Part shown: positions 38,324 through 50,353 of the stretch, piece by piece
Layout of the letters: every line of letters begins with the position of its first letter
Numbering within the stretch: the first letter of the stretch is position 1
Assembly: GCA_964016885.1 (NCBI GenBank)
Contig: OZ024741.1
Coordinates: 98,084,001-98,148,000 of the forward strand
DNA length: 64,000 nt
Direction: 5' to 3'
Source: Eledone cirrhosa
Lineage: Eukaryota
The notes under the pieces: generated by a model
The model's input: the letters and a program-made list of their open reading frames with translations, nothing else
What the model was told of the DNA's origin: nothing
Database searches by the model: none
Program-made: the position numbers and the translations under genes

Positions 38324-41300
38324 TTACAGACACATACTCAGAGAAGGCCCATTCATTCGGGCCATACTTGCTTCTCTCACCCATCTTTCAACAAAATGCT
38401 GGGAAGAGAGCACTTCCCTCTCTACCCTGATTTTCCTTTTCAAATGAAATTTGAAAAAGTTAATCAGGGCATCACCGAAGAGGTAAGTGCTCGTCTTCAG
38501 CCCTTTCAAACGTGTCCACCATACTATCTCTTTCGCCATGGCCACCAGACAGATACAAACTGCCTGCCCTTCCAGGCTAAAGGAAGAGGGCGGGGCAATC
38601 CTCACGATGGACTCAGCTGATAGCTGGATCCGTCCTACACGTGACAGCAGGTGTTCGACATAAACCCACAAGTCAGCAATGCTCGGACACTGGACCAGTG
38701 CGTGCAGGACGGTTTCGTCGCCCTGCGCGCATCTCGGACATGCCCGGTTGACGGCACCTCCATGCCTGTAGAGTTTATCCCGAACTGGCAAAGCTCCTCG
38801 GTAGCACTGCCAGGCCAGGGATTTCTGGAAGTTGTCCATAGGCCCCGGCCCGAAAGTCCTTCCGAAGAGATTGGCTAGTTGATTTTCGTCGACGCCTAGA
38901 GTTTCTCCAAGTACGTCGTCGCTCTTCCCCTCCACTAATCCCCTATAGAACGCCAAGGTGGAGTTTCCACCGATCACATTGCCCGATTGGTCGAGGGCTG
39001 TGAGCGCCTGAAGACATTCCAGTCTCCAAGCGCTCCCTCTCGGTCTTCGCTTGACCCAGGACTGCAGCTCCGTCAAGGAAACGAGCTGGGGAAAAACGTG
39101 TCTTGCAAACGGCGACCACACCTGATCACCGTCGAGGAAGAGGTGGAGATGTCGTAGCCTGAGCGCGTGTCTGCGCATCATCAGCCACGGCATGCCCAGC
39201 CCTCCACGTAGCGGGTGTTGACAGCAGATGGACCGCCTGACCATCGGAGCGCGTCCTTTCCACAAGAAGCGAAAGAGCAAACGCTCCAGCGCAGTCAGGC
39301 GGGGCTTAGGACAAGGTACGACGGTCAGGCGGTAGTAGATGACGGATGCGATGTACGCATTCGCCACCTCCGCTCGACCTTTCAGGGATAGCTTCCTCTC
39401 GGCCCATTTCTGGGTGAGAGAAGCCACCCTGCTGGTCACCTCGTCCCAGTTTTTGTCCGTCTGGAGGTCTGGACCGAACCAGACCCCTAGCAATTTAACC
39501 GGTCCGTCCGTCCAGCGCCCGACGACGCTGTTGGACGGCATGGACCTGCCTCTCCAGGTGCCGAGCTGCAGGCCCACTGACTTTTCCTGGTTGATCATTG
39601 CTCCTGTCACCGCTTCGTATTCTCTTAGTGTAGTGCCGATCGCCTCGATGTGTTTGGCGTTCGACACCACTACGGTGACATCGTCGGCATATGCTGACAC
39701 GGATCTTCCGCATCCTAGTTCGCGCGGGACCCCCCTCAACGTCTCCAGTTTGTGCAGTAATGGCTCGAGAGTCAATACGTACAATAGGGACGAGAGGGGA
39801 CATCCTTGGCGGACCGAGCGCATGATGTTGAACGGTTCCGAAAGGTGACCGTTCACTCTCACTACAGAGCAGATGTCGCTGTGCATGGCAGCGATCCAGC
39901 CTCTGAAGACGGGCCCAAAGCCAGCCGCCCTCAGGACTGCCGTTAGGTAACGATGGTCGACCCTATCGAAGGCTTTCGACTGATTTAAATTGATCAAAGA
40001 CCCACCCGTGCCAGGTTCCCTAGCTACCCTCTCTACGATGTATCGCATGAGGTGGAGGTTGTCGTGGATGGATCTGTCGGGAATGGCGCATGTCTGTGCC
40101 TCTCCCACCAGACCACCAACGACAAGCGCCAACCTCTTTGCTAGCACCTTGGCCAAAATCTTGAACTCTGTGTTTAGCAGAGTTATGGGCCTAAAATTAT
40201 CTATGTTATCCCCCTTGTTCGGATCCTTTCTCAGCAGCGCCACCGCTGCTCGGCTCACAGAGCTGGGAATTCTCCCGTTCTGTTGCCAGTTGCAGTAGAC
40301 GTCCGCCAAGAGGCCTCCGAACAAGTTTGGCATTTGTACGTAAAGTTCATAGGGCAGACCATCCAAACCAGGCGATTTACCCTTGTGCAACTAGTCATTA
40401 CATCCCGTACTTCAGCGGTTGTTATCGGCTTTTCGCAACACTCCGCCTCAGTGGCCGAAAGCCGCGGCAGTCCGTCGAGGTAGACACTAAAGTCCATCCC
40501 TCAATCCGGCCCGCCACTGCCCCCGAACAGTTGAGCGAAGTGTCGCTGAAAAGCTTCACACATTTGCCCGGGATCGAGTAGCATGCGCCCGTCGTGGTCC
40601 ACCAAAGACCGGATCGTGGCTTTGTTGCCACGACGCGCCTCCGCCACTCGGGCCCATTGAACGGCTTTCGTCCCCTCGTGTCTGAGAGCACGCACCCTAG
40701 CTCTGACAACGCAGCCTTCGTGCTTTGCATTGAAGAATTGGTCAAGGGCCAATTTCGCCGCAAGTACGTCGGTCGCGATGCCTTTGCTAAGCGCCTCATC
40801 TAATTTTCTAACTAATTCTCCCTCTGCTCTATTTTTCTCTATTGCTAAAGTCTTACTAAACCTAATGGACTCTATTCTAATTGCTCTTTTCAGAGCAAAC
40901 CACCACTTGTTGTTGACGATGGCCCCCGTCAACGCCCGCTTAACTAGTTCGCTAATCCGGTCTCTGTAGGCGTTGGGCGCTGGTAAGGGCGCGTTTAACT
41001 TCCAGTAGCCGGGTCCTCGTCTATGAAGCCTATCTAAGTCAAGCACACAGATCACGAATTTGTGGTCCGTGTAGCTGACTATCTTGAATTGTGGACAGCC
41101 TATGCTAGACCTATCTATTTCCCTACAAAATACTCTATCTAGATATGATCTGGATGACCCTATGCTATTTGTCCAAGTCCACATTGGTACATTCGGGAAA
41201 TCCATTCGGTACCTGTCAGACAGTTCAAAACGTCTGAGCAGGTTGGTGAGACTCTTGCACCCTCCTTCCCTATCCACTAATCCCACACAATCCCAGCGTG

Positions 41301-41746
41301 CATCTAAGATCCCGTTCCAGTCGCCCACTAACACTAAAGAGCGGGACGTTCCAAGAAAGGTCTCCAGACGCCGGAAGAAATCAGGCCGCCCTGCTCCTGT
41401 CGGGGCATAGACGGCCACTAACCTGAAAGCTTGCCCGTCTCCGCTGGTCACGTCCAGCACCACCAACTTACCTTCTGGGTCCAGGAAGATGGCCCGTATG
41501 GCAAGATCCAAACCTCTCCGAAAAAGCACAGCAACTCCTCCCCCGATCCCGGACGGCTGGGAGATGCGTACACATCGTAGCCGCCGAAGATCGGTGCGAA
41601 AGCCTGTGCTTCGGAGATTCTGGTCTCGCTGATGGCCACTACATCTATGTTTAGTGACCTGAGGTCGTTGAGCAGGTGGCCCTGCTTCCATGACGACCCC
41701 AAGCCACGCGCATTTCATTTATGCTGCCTATTCTGAGTGAGGTCAT
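38324..41746 (-). pseudogene. ORF2 of copy 2 with several frameshifts
   Basis: cattt duplication at 41711-41720 and indels near 41540, 40501 and 40385 split the frame. Confidence 0.9.
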
Positions 41747-41780
41747 GTTGAAAAGGAGTGGAAAAGATGGGAAAGACCAC

Positions 41781-43750
41781 TTACCTTACTTTTCGTAGGG
41801 GAAGGACGGCTTTTCCATCCTTTTCACTGCTTGTGGCCTCCTCAGGAAGGATGTCCTTATAAATTCTCTTGGAGAGTGCTTGTCGGAAGTCTCCGATGTC
41901 TTTGGGGAATTTTTGTTTTAGTGTCATGTACGTTTTCTGTTTGATGCGAGTGATTTGTATGTGTGGAGGTGGTGTGAATTTTGGGGTTGTTGTGTAGTCT
42001 TTTTCTGTGATGCTGGTGTTGTGTTGGATGTAGTGTAATAATTGCTTGTTGTTCAAATTTAATGCTGTGTAGTGTGTATCGTTTTGGTTGTTTTGTTTTG
42101 TTTGCGTTTGTTGTGGGTTTGTTTCTGTTTCGCATTTTGGTGACTTTTGTGGTGTAGGTGATGGTGATGGTGTTGGTGTTTGGGTTGATGGGGTTGGTGA
42201 TGCTGGTGTGGATGGTGGCATATCTGTCCTAACTTTTTTGTTTCTTAGTTTATTTGTTTCCCTCAGTATTTTGTTTTTGGAGGGGGAAGGAAGAGAATTT
42301 TTTCTTTTTTGGTTTCTTTTTTTTTTCCGGATATCGTTTCCCACTCCACGTCGTCACAATCTGTCTCCAGTTGTGATAGGCCGGGGAGTGGAAAATCCTC
42401 CACAGCCGTTAGTTTTGGTTGTGGTGTGGTGGATGGTGTAGGCGCTGGTGCTAGTTCTGAAGCGTTGGGTGGTGGTGGTGTTGGTTTTGCTGGTGGTGGT
42501 AGTGGTGTTGGTTTTGCTACTGTTGCTGGGGTTGTTGCTGTTATAGTTGCTTCTGTTGTTGCTGCTACAGTTTTTGCTGCCATCTCTGCTACTGGTGGTG
42601 TTGATGGTTGTGTCACTGGGGTGGGTAGGAGAGGTGGCCTCAACCTTTTAGCCTGAGGGCAGAAAGCCCTTAGGTGGGTTCCTTCACCACAAACGACACA
42701 CCTAGGTCTTCTGCCCTCGACAATTACCGTGAGGTGGCTGCCGTCAGTGAGGTCTATTACCTCTGGGATCTCCTCAATGCTTTTTTGGTCCGCTTGGATT
42801 AGGAGCTCCATCCCAGATCCGGACCAGTTTTCCTGCTTTTCTTTTGCTACTGCTATTATTTTCGTGTTGGCTTCGATGCCGGCGAGGACAGCCGCTATTA
42901 GCCAGGGAATTTCGATGGCCGGTGGAACGTGGGTCACCCTGATCTTTACGAGTCTCTGGCCACAATAGCTTGGGACGAGTGTGAGGTCGTCACTTTTTAA
43001 TGGGGCCATGGAGTGTTCTCTAGCCTCCTCTGGTGTTTCAAAGAACACATCCACGGTTCCATACTTTTGCCCACGTCTGATGTCGGTTTTTCTTGCCCAC
43101 ACATGTCCCAAAGCTTTTTGGATTTGGGACTCGGATGCCCGTTCCACTCGGCGCGATTTTACATTTATTGTTCTATACGACACGGTGCACAGGCGCCGAT
43201 GCTCCATTTTATTAGGTGGGGGGTGAGGCTGACCCTGTACCCATCTTTCTTTACCATTTGTTTGGCATTTTCTAAATCTTCTTGAGTTACCGTGAACGCT
43301 TCGAATTGTTTTGCTACGATGGCGAAACTGAGGGTCGGTTTTATAATGTCATTGTTGTTGTTGTTGCTATCGTTATTTGTGTTAATATTAATTTTAGTTT
43401 CAGTTGTGGTGGTAGTGACGTCAGTCGTCTTTGGTGTGGAAGAGTCCATTTTGCTTAATTTCAATTCGACATCACGAGTTAATTTATTTTTTTCTTCTTT
43501 TGTTTCTGTTGTCGCGGTGGTGGTGGGGTGGTGGTTGTCGCGGTGGTGGTGGTGGTGGAGGCTTTAACATCTGCAGTCATTGGTAATGGCGGGAAATGAA
43601 TGTCTGCCTGAGACAAATTTAAAATATTGCTACTGCTTATATTTTTTTTGTGTTGGCAAACGTAGTAACATTTACAATGGTGGTGTCGGTGTGAGGTGTT
43701 ATTTTGTGAGGAAGGCTTTCAGCTGCTTCGAGCAGAGGGGAATTAGCCAT
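41781..43750 (-). pseudogene. ORF1 of copy 2, frameshifted
   Basis: Pieces 43637-43750, 43165-43464, 42263-43207 (CVVCGEGTHLRAFC) and 41781-42344 (ends KVR*). Confidence 0.85.
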
Positions 43751-43957
43751 TTTTTTCAAAGAAATTTTTGGATAATAATAAAAGTTAAAATTTTGGGCAC
43801 AAGGCCCCAATCTTTTTGGGTGTCCTTTTCGGAAAACAATGTATGTGTGCTTATAAACAGTTAACAATAAAATTTTCCATAAATGGCAATTTTTAACAAA
43901 CGGAAATAACAAACCTTTGCGGAGCTCACGATGATACGATTTACTACGTAGGTCGCC

Positions 43958-43991
<34 letters not shown>

Positions 43992-43994
43992 TCC

Positions 43995-44113
43995 GTTTAC
44001 AATTGTTTCGCTACTCCATATAATATTTCTGGATCAAATGATTATATATCATTATTGATCTGGTTCAGTTGAAAATAATTAACTTAGATACAATTAGAGC
44101 GGCTCATCGGAAC
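43995..44113 (-). ncRNA. Hammerhead motif (U4C, long stem II), pLTR copy 1
   Basis: Mirror of 45565-45683. Confidence 0.7.
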
Positions 44114-45564
44114 TTCAAAAGGAATATAAATTAAAATAAAGAAAGAATGTTACATAAATTTAATGTTCCATATGTTGGTATTTCACTATGGTGTCCTGGG
44201 TATATAGTGGAGCAGTATTCTTCTCTCGAGGCTGCATTGTGTGAGATCTCCCTATGGGTAACACGATGGAGGTCAATGGACATATTTACCTTACTAATTA
44301 GAGGGTGGTTTCAGGGGAAGTAACTCCTCGAGAAATTAGAAATTGTGGGTAGTTTATAGTTAAGAAGTGCTAATTTTTTTAATTTTTTAATTGAGAGACA
44401 ATGTAAGGGAGGTAACTTATAATTATGTAAGTTAGTTATAGCTATTTAACTTATTAGCTACAAGTAAAAATGGGGCTAGATGACTATGTTGGATCAACTA
44501 TTCTGTTGGCGAAGGAATTAGCCCTTCGATGTGAACAGCTAATAGTTACCTCCGTTCTATCGTTAATCGGTAGAGGTCGTGATAGAGTTATGTAATATGC
44601 TTCGGTAAGACAGAGGTCACAAGTGTTTCTTCGTCCCTTGAACGGTTGGGCCCCAGCTAAGATATCCCATGTTAGTGAGTGTTCAATGTTGGTTAATTTA
44701 AGGTTTTTAATGAGCCTAGCTAGAGATGTCGAACATATGTTGTTAGGGTCTCGGAAGGAAAAAGAGTGCGCGTTATAGCGTACCTTAAAAGGGTTAGAGG
44801 TAGAAGCGATATAGGAGCTGGTATGCTAAGCAGTTTTAACTGTGCACCTATAAACTATATTGGGCGTCAGGCAATGTCCATTTAGTGGGCATGGATTAGG
44901 GTAACGGCAGTTGCAGTTACTTCTGCGGTTAGTGAGAGTAGGTTTTTTGAACTAAACGGTTGGTCCGTGTAAGAAGGATAAGATGGGGTAGGTGTGCTAC
45001 TAGAGTAATTATTGGTGTAGTGGCGTGGTGTATTTGATGGGGGTCGTGGTACCGCGGTGTGGGAGTTATACTGTCTTAGCTTATGATGGTTACTGAATAC
45101 GATGTGGCTAGCTAGGTTAGGTGTTGTGGAGAATGATATTTTAATGTTGCTTTTATTAAAGAGTTTGTAATATCTATGGATGGGGGGCATGTTTAGGTAG
45201 GATAGAGAAGAAGCGTTTAGGGATATTAGTGGCTAGATTAGATGATAATGGGGGGGGTTAAGCCAGGTGATATTTCTAGGCCTATTCCTTCTAGGGGTTC
45301 TAGTGGAGATGGCAGGGGACTTCATAGGGTTATTATTACCTGGGCATTTGTTATTTGTCATCCCATTGCTCATTCCTATTCTAGGGTTGATTTTTAGTTT
45401 GCTACTTTGAGTGGGAAGCCACCATTAAGGTTCCCTGTAAAATTACGGCGAATCTGGCTATATGCTAAGGTATTTCTAGTTCTAGTGTTAAGTTTATTAT
45501 GGTTGTGGTGTAGGGCTGTTTCATGTAACATTCTTTCCTTGTTTTAATTTATATTCCTTTTGAA

Positions 45565-45683
45565 GTTCCGATGAGCTGCTCTCATTGTACGTAAGTTAAT
45601 TATTTTCAACTGAACCAGATCAATAATGATCTATAATCATTTGATCCAGAAACGTTATATGGAGTAGCGAAACAATTGTAAAC
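45565..45683 (+). ncRNA. Hammerhead motif (U4C, long stem II), pLTR copy 2
   Basis: gtt-CCGATGA-gctgctct...(~78 nt)...ggagtagc-GAAA-caattg-TA^aac. Confidence 0.75.
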
Positions 45684-47272
45684 GGACATTAATATTATTA
45701 ATATTATTATTATTATTTTCTACATTTCTTACATCAAACTAAAACTATGTTGACAATCTTTTAATAATGTCTTCCTTGTAAAATTTGTGGTCTTGTTTTG
45801 CTTAACTAATGAATATTTCCAGCTCTGTGCACCTAACCTCTGCATGAACCCAGCCACCTAGCTGCCTTCCACTGCATATTGCACATTGAACACATGACTT
45901 TACGCTTTGGCTTCTAACTAATTCACGAATCTCTCTTCTCCTCTCCTATCTCCATCTCTCTCTTTAAGATTTGTTAATCTTGAACTGTGTATACTTGAGC
46001 TTACGTAGTTGCGCTATCTACTGTTAGAATTCACCATGTTGAGCAAGCAAGAACTCAGGATATCACTTAAGTCCATTCCTATCCCACACAGGAAGACATA
46101 CCTCAAACTCCTAATACAGAGTGTCAACTCTTTCATCCGAAGAATACGATGGAAGGCCTTCCACTTCGACCGTGCGCGTGCTGCTGACGCCGGAAGTACA
46201 GCAAACAGATATGGATTTACCACCGGCAAGAACCCTCCACACAACATCCTGCTGGACCCCTTTGAGAAAGATCTATTCAACTTCGACAGGACCATTAAAT
46301 TCAAAAAGCATTATAGACACAAGAATAATTTCCTCACAAAATTAGCAACATCTATAAAAAAATTTAAAGATAGCCACCTCTTACATGTTATGTCTGACAA
46401 AACTAAACATCTATACATCATGACTCCTGAAACTTACAACTCTTTCCTTCTTAAGGTATTTAATAAAAACTATTAAAAAACTATACCCTCCAGTGTAAAC
46501 TTACTTAACCGAAAAGCCCAGGCTTTGGTTAAGGACTTGCATCTGGATAGATTTACCCACCCTTATGTACCTACAACCCCAAGGTTTTCTCTCAAGGATC
46601 ACAAGCCAAACTTTATAGAGAACCCATCTATTAGACTTATAAGCCAAACCACATCTGACTTGGGTCGTATCAGTAAGAACATCCTAGTAATATCACCTGG
46701 CTTAACCCCCATTCTCATCTAATCTAGCCACTAATATCCCTAAACGCTTATTCTCTATCCTATCTAAACATTACCCCCCCACCATAGACATTACAAACTC
46801 TTAAATAAAAACAACATTAAAATCTCATTCTCCACAACACCTAACCTAGCTAGCCACATCGCATTAAGTAACCATCATAAACTAAGACAGTATAACTCCC
46901 ATTTTTACTCATAGCTAATAAGTTAAATAGTTATAGCTAACTTAGATAATTATAAGTTACCTCCTTTACATTGTCTCTCAATTAAAAAAATTTAAAAATT
47001 AGCACTTCTTAACTATAAACTACACACAATTTCTAATTTCTCGAGGGGTTACTTCCCCTGAAACCACCATCTAATTAGTAAGGTAAATATGTCCATTGGC
47101 GGCTATCTTGTTACCCATAGGCAGATCTCACACAATGCAGCCTCGACAGAAGAATACTGCTAAACTATGGCAGACAATAGATATACCAAGGACACCATAG
47201 TGAAATAACAATACATGGAATATTACATTCATGTAACATTCTTTCTTTATTTTAATTTATATTCCTTTTGAA

Positions 47273-47391
47273 GTTCCGATGAGCTGCTCTAATTGTACGT
47301 AAGTTAATTATTTTCAACTGAACCAGATCAATAATGATCTATAATCCTTTGATCCAGAAACATTATATGTAGTAGCGAAACAATTGTAAAC
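47273..47391 (+). ncRNA. Hammerhead motif (U4C, long stem II), pLTR copy 3
   Basis: Same motif as 45565-45683. Confidence 0.7.
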
Positions 47392-47396
47392 GGAAC

Positions 47397-47466
47397 GGAG
47401 TCGATAAAATAAGGTACCAGTAATAGACTGGGTAATTGCTGGCCTTATGCCAAAAAGTAGAAACAA
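47397..47466 (+). mobile_element. 5'-truncated SINE inserted in the (ATT)n of a pLTR
   Basis: gtcgataaaataaggtaccag...ggccttatgccaaaaagtagaaac-aattattatt. Confidence 0.8.
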
Positions 47467-47605
47467 TTATTATTAGTAGTATTATTATTATTTTCTACAT
47501 TCCTTACATCAAACTGAAACTATGTTGACAATATTTTAATAATGTCTTCCTTGTGACATTTGTGATCTTGTTTTGCTTAACTAATGAATATATATATATA
47601 TATAT

Positions 47606-47798
47606 ATAGGAGTAAGTAAGACCCCGACGGCTGAGCTCAAGCCGTTTCGACGGCTAATTCTGTACTGAATTAGCCGTCGAAACGGCTTGAGCTCAGCCGT
47701 CGGGGTCTTACTTACTCCTATTACCCACTCTACTACCCTAAGTATTGAGTACTTTGGTGCGTTATGGTCCACCTGGTTCCTTACCACTTTTCCTTCGC
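47606..47798 (+). mobile_element. Mini fold-back: perfect 55-bp arms, 6-nt loop, 77-nt tail, in (TA)n
   Basis: 47606-47660 is the mirror of 47667-47721. Contains the 3' half of an HHR: GAA-acggct tgagctc agccgt-C^gggg. Confidence 0.8.
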
Positions 47799-48551
47799 TA
47801 TATATATATATATATATATACTATATATATATTTAACGAAGGGTAAATAATGAAATGTTAGAAAAGATATATGTGGTTATTTAGATATGTGATAATAACA
47901 AAGTATAATAGGTATAGGTGTAATGACGAGAATATAAGTATATAAAGAATACTAAGAATAAATGATTTGGTTATATATTGTTTACTTCACGTGAATGAAT
48001 TAAACGGTACAATAAACAAGTTACCATAAGTTGTAAAGATTGACAATATTACTTTGCTGTTGATCTGAAGGCTGTTGTAGTCTGTTGTTGTTGGTGTGAA
48101 AACAGTGAGCGACAGATAATTGTTTTTGTTGTTGGATTTCAGAGAGAGTGGTAGTAGTTGTGAGACCGTGTTAGTAAGAGAGAGAGAGATATGGTCTGTA
48201 GTAACCGAGAAATACCGTGAACTGCATATAGCGATGAATCTTCTACATTTGTGTTCTGTATAGCAGGGTTCCAATCGCTCTGGGTGTCTCTGAAGACATG
48301 ATGGGGTCTGTTGAATAGTGGTGAATCTTTACATAGCTTGTTGTTGGTGAGGTGCTCCGGTGTCTCTGTCTGTAGACCCTTTGGGTCTATTGATAGCAGT
48401 ACATTCTTACATAGCTTTTTATGTAGTGCATATTGTACATTGAGCACATGCATATACGCTTTGGCTTCTAACTAATTCACCAATCTCTCTTCTCCTCTCC
48501 TATCTCCTCTCCTATCTCCATCTCTCTCTTTAAGATTGGTCAATCTTGAAC

Positions 48552-48623
<72 letters not shown>

Positions 48624-48628
<5 letters not shown>

Positions 48629-48985
48629 TATTAAATTAACAATGGTTTATTTTATTATTGTTTTACGATGAAGACGGTCTGATCGAACCTATATATGAGG
48701 TCTGATAGTATACAGTTATATAACTGTTATAGATCAAACAATATGTTAATATGATCGGCCCTCCGAAACGATCGTAAAACAATGATATGAACAGGTAAAA
48801 TAAATTGAATTTGTTGTTTTTATTTTCATTGTTAATTTAATACATAATACTCCGTATATAAGGAATTAAATCAGTGGAACACAGAACTTCTCTATGGATT
48901 TCACTGGATTACTCGCCATTGGATTACATTGATTTCTATCTAAGGTACGGACCCTACCACCAGAGGTAGACCACACTGAAAAAAA
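48624..48985 (+). mobile_element. Mini PLE derivative: short inverted arm + HHR (48668-48783) + tail
   Basis: (A)TGAAGA-cggtctgatc...gatcggcc..-GAAA-cgatcg-TA^aaacaat; the tail starts cataatactcc. Confidence 0.65.
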
Positions 48986-49374
48986 AATATATATATATAT
49001 GATGTGAAACTCTTTAACCCCATTTCCACTCTTTTTAACTCTCTTTATTATCGCACTAACTTACTGTATTTTATTTTGTTCTATGTTTTATTGATAGTTT
49101 GATTTATTCTTGTTTTATATTTTGTTATACGAAAATACAATTTCTATAATGAACTTTTTCATTACTGAATTCTACCGCGTGGTGGATAGTCACTTCCACA
49201 AACAATTATAAACTTTCTGAAGAAGTGTGATAAATAATTAAGTATTACATATGATTGAACAACACATATTGTAGTCAACATGTACAGACAATTGTAATAG
49301 ACACAAAAACAAATGTTAAAGCAAATAAATTCCTATTCTCGCCGAAGTTTATATTATTCCTGGTGCAATACTTG

Positions 49375-49494
<120 letters not shown>

Positions 49495-50353
49495 TAATAA
49501 TAAATTTCAAGACTAAACTTTAATCTGTTATTTTAGTAAATATATATATATATATATATATACATATACACATATCCTGTGGATGTTCGTTTATTTGTCG
49601 CTTATTCCGGTGATGAGCATTCAGTTATTTCATTGTTCGAGGGTATTCCTACATGGATGATAATTCCACAGAGACGTGTATCCACAACATGTCTCTCCCA
49701 AGTCGACCCAATTTCTTTCACAAAGCTACGGTAAAAGTATTTATTCAGGATGTCTTTTAATGTATATGGAGCATAATCCTTAATCATTCATTTATTGCCC
49801 CAGAATATTAGAATGTAGAAGTTTTCCAACGCAGTGTCACGACTATGTTTCATTTGCCCTGCTGATTTCAACTTATTTTTGGTTCTATTTTCGAATATAA
49901 GTATCTAATATAGAAATGGCTACTAGAAGTGTCTCATTCGGAAAAAATCATCGGGATAGCCCTTTCCTGATAGGTTCTCCTGAATGAAACAATTCTAGTC
50001 CTGTAGAAGCCAATCCTATATTATATATATATATATATATATTGATTTGAACACAACTTTGAACATTTTATAATTTATTTATAATTTATTTATATACTTT
50101 TTTAACATAAAAACAGGTAGAATTCCCAAAACTAATCAGATCAGAGCAAACAACACGGACACTCTATCTCAAAATTATTTTTGAAAAGCATTTAGAAATG
50201 CGCAACCGGTAAAAACTTAAAACCAAAACTGAATACTAACCAATCCAATTACTAATACTCTTTTATTCCTAATTAGACTATTTTTCAACTGTGAACAATT
50301 TGTCAGCATTTTCTATTCCGTTTACCAATATATATATATATATATATATATAT

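Larger units (their letters stand above)
38081..43957 (-). mobile_element. Full-length Tx1-like LINE (copy 2), frameshifted
   Basis: ORF2 and 3' UTR are near-identical to copy 1, ORF1 is divergent and the 5' UTR differs. (AAT)n at 38045-38080 and 43958-43990. Confidence 0.92.
31866..47590. mobile_element. Composite PLE: minus-oriented arm (31866-31961 + 43991-45520, split by two Tx1 LINEs) joined to a plus-oriented internally deleted copy with two direct pLTRs (45520-47590)
   Basis: 31866-31961 is the reverse complement of 45717-45815. GIY-YIG remnant on minus at 44490-45190. N-terminal/RT remnant at 46037-46900 (SLKSIPIP...RRIRWKAFHF; SLKDHKPNF..NPSIRLI). Three pLTR copies. Confidence 0.85.

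Noticed and set aside
32605-43567. Numerous plus-strand ORFs over the Tx1 elements
   Set aside because: Antisense shadows of GC-rich ORF1/ORF2 with no independent motifs.
49215-49300. CTGAAGA followed by a hairpin
   Set aside because: No properly placed GAAA or stem I.
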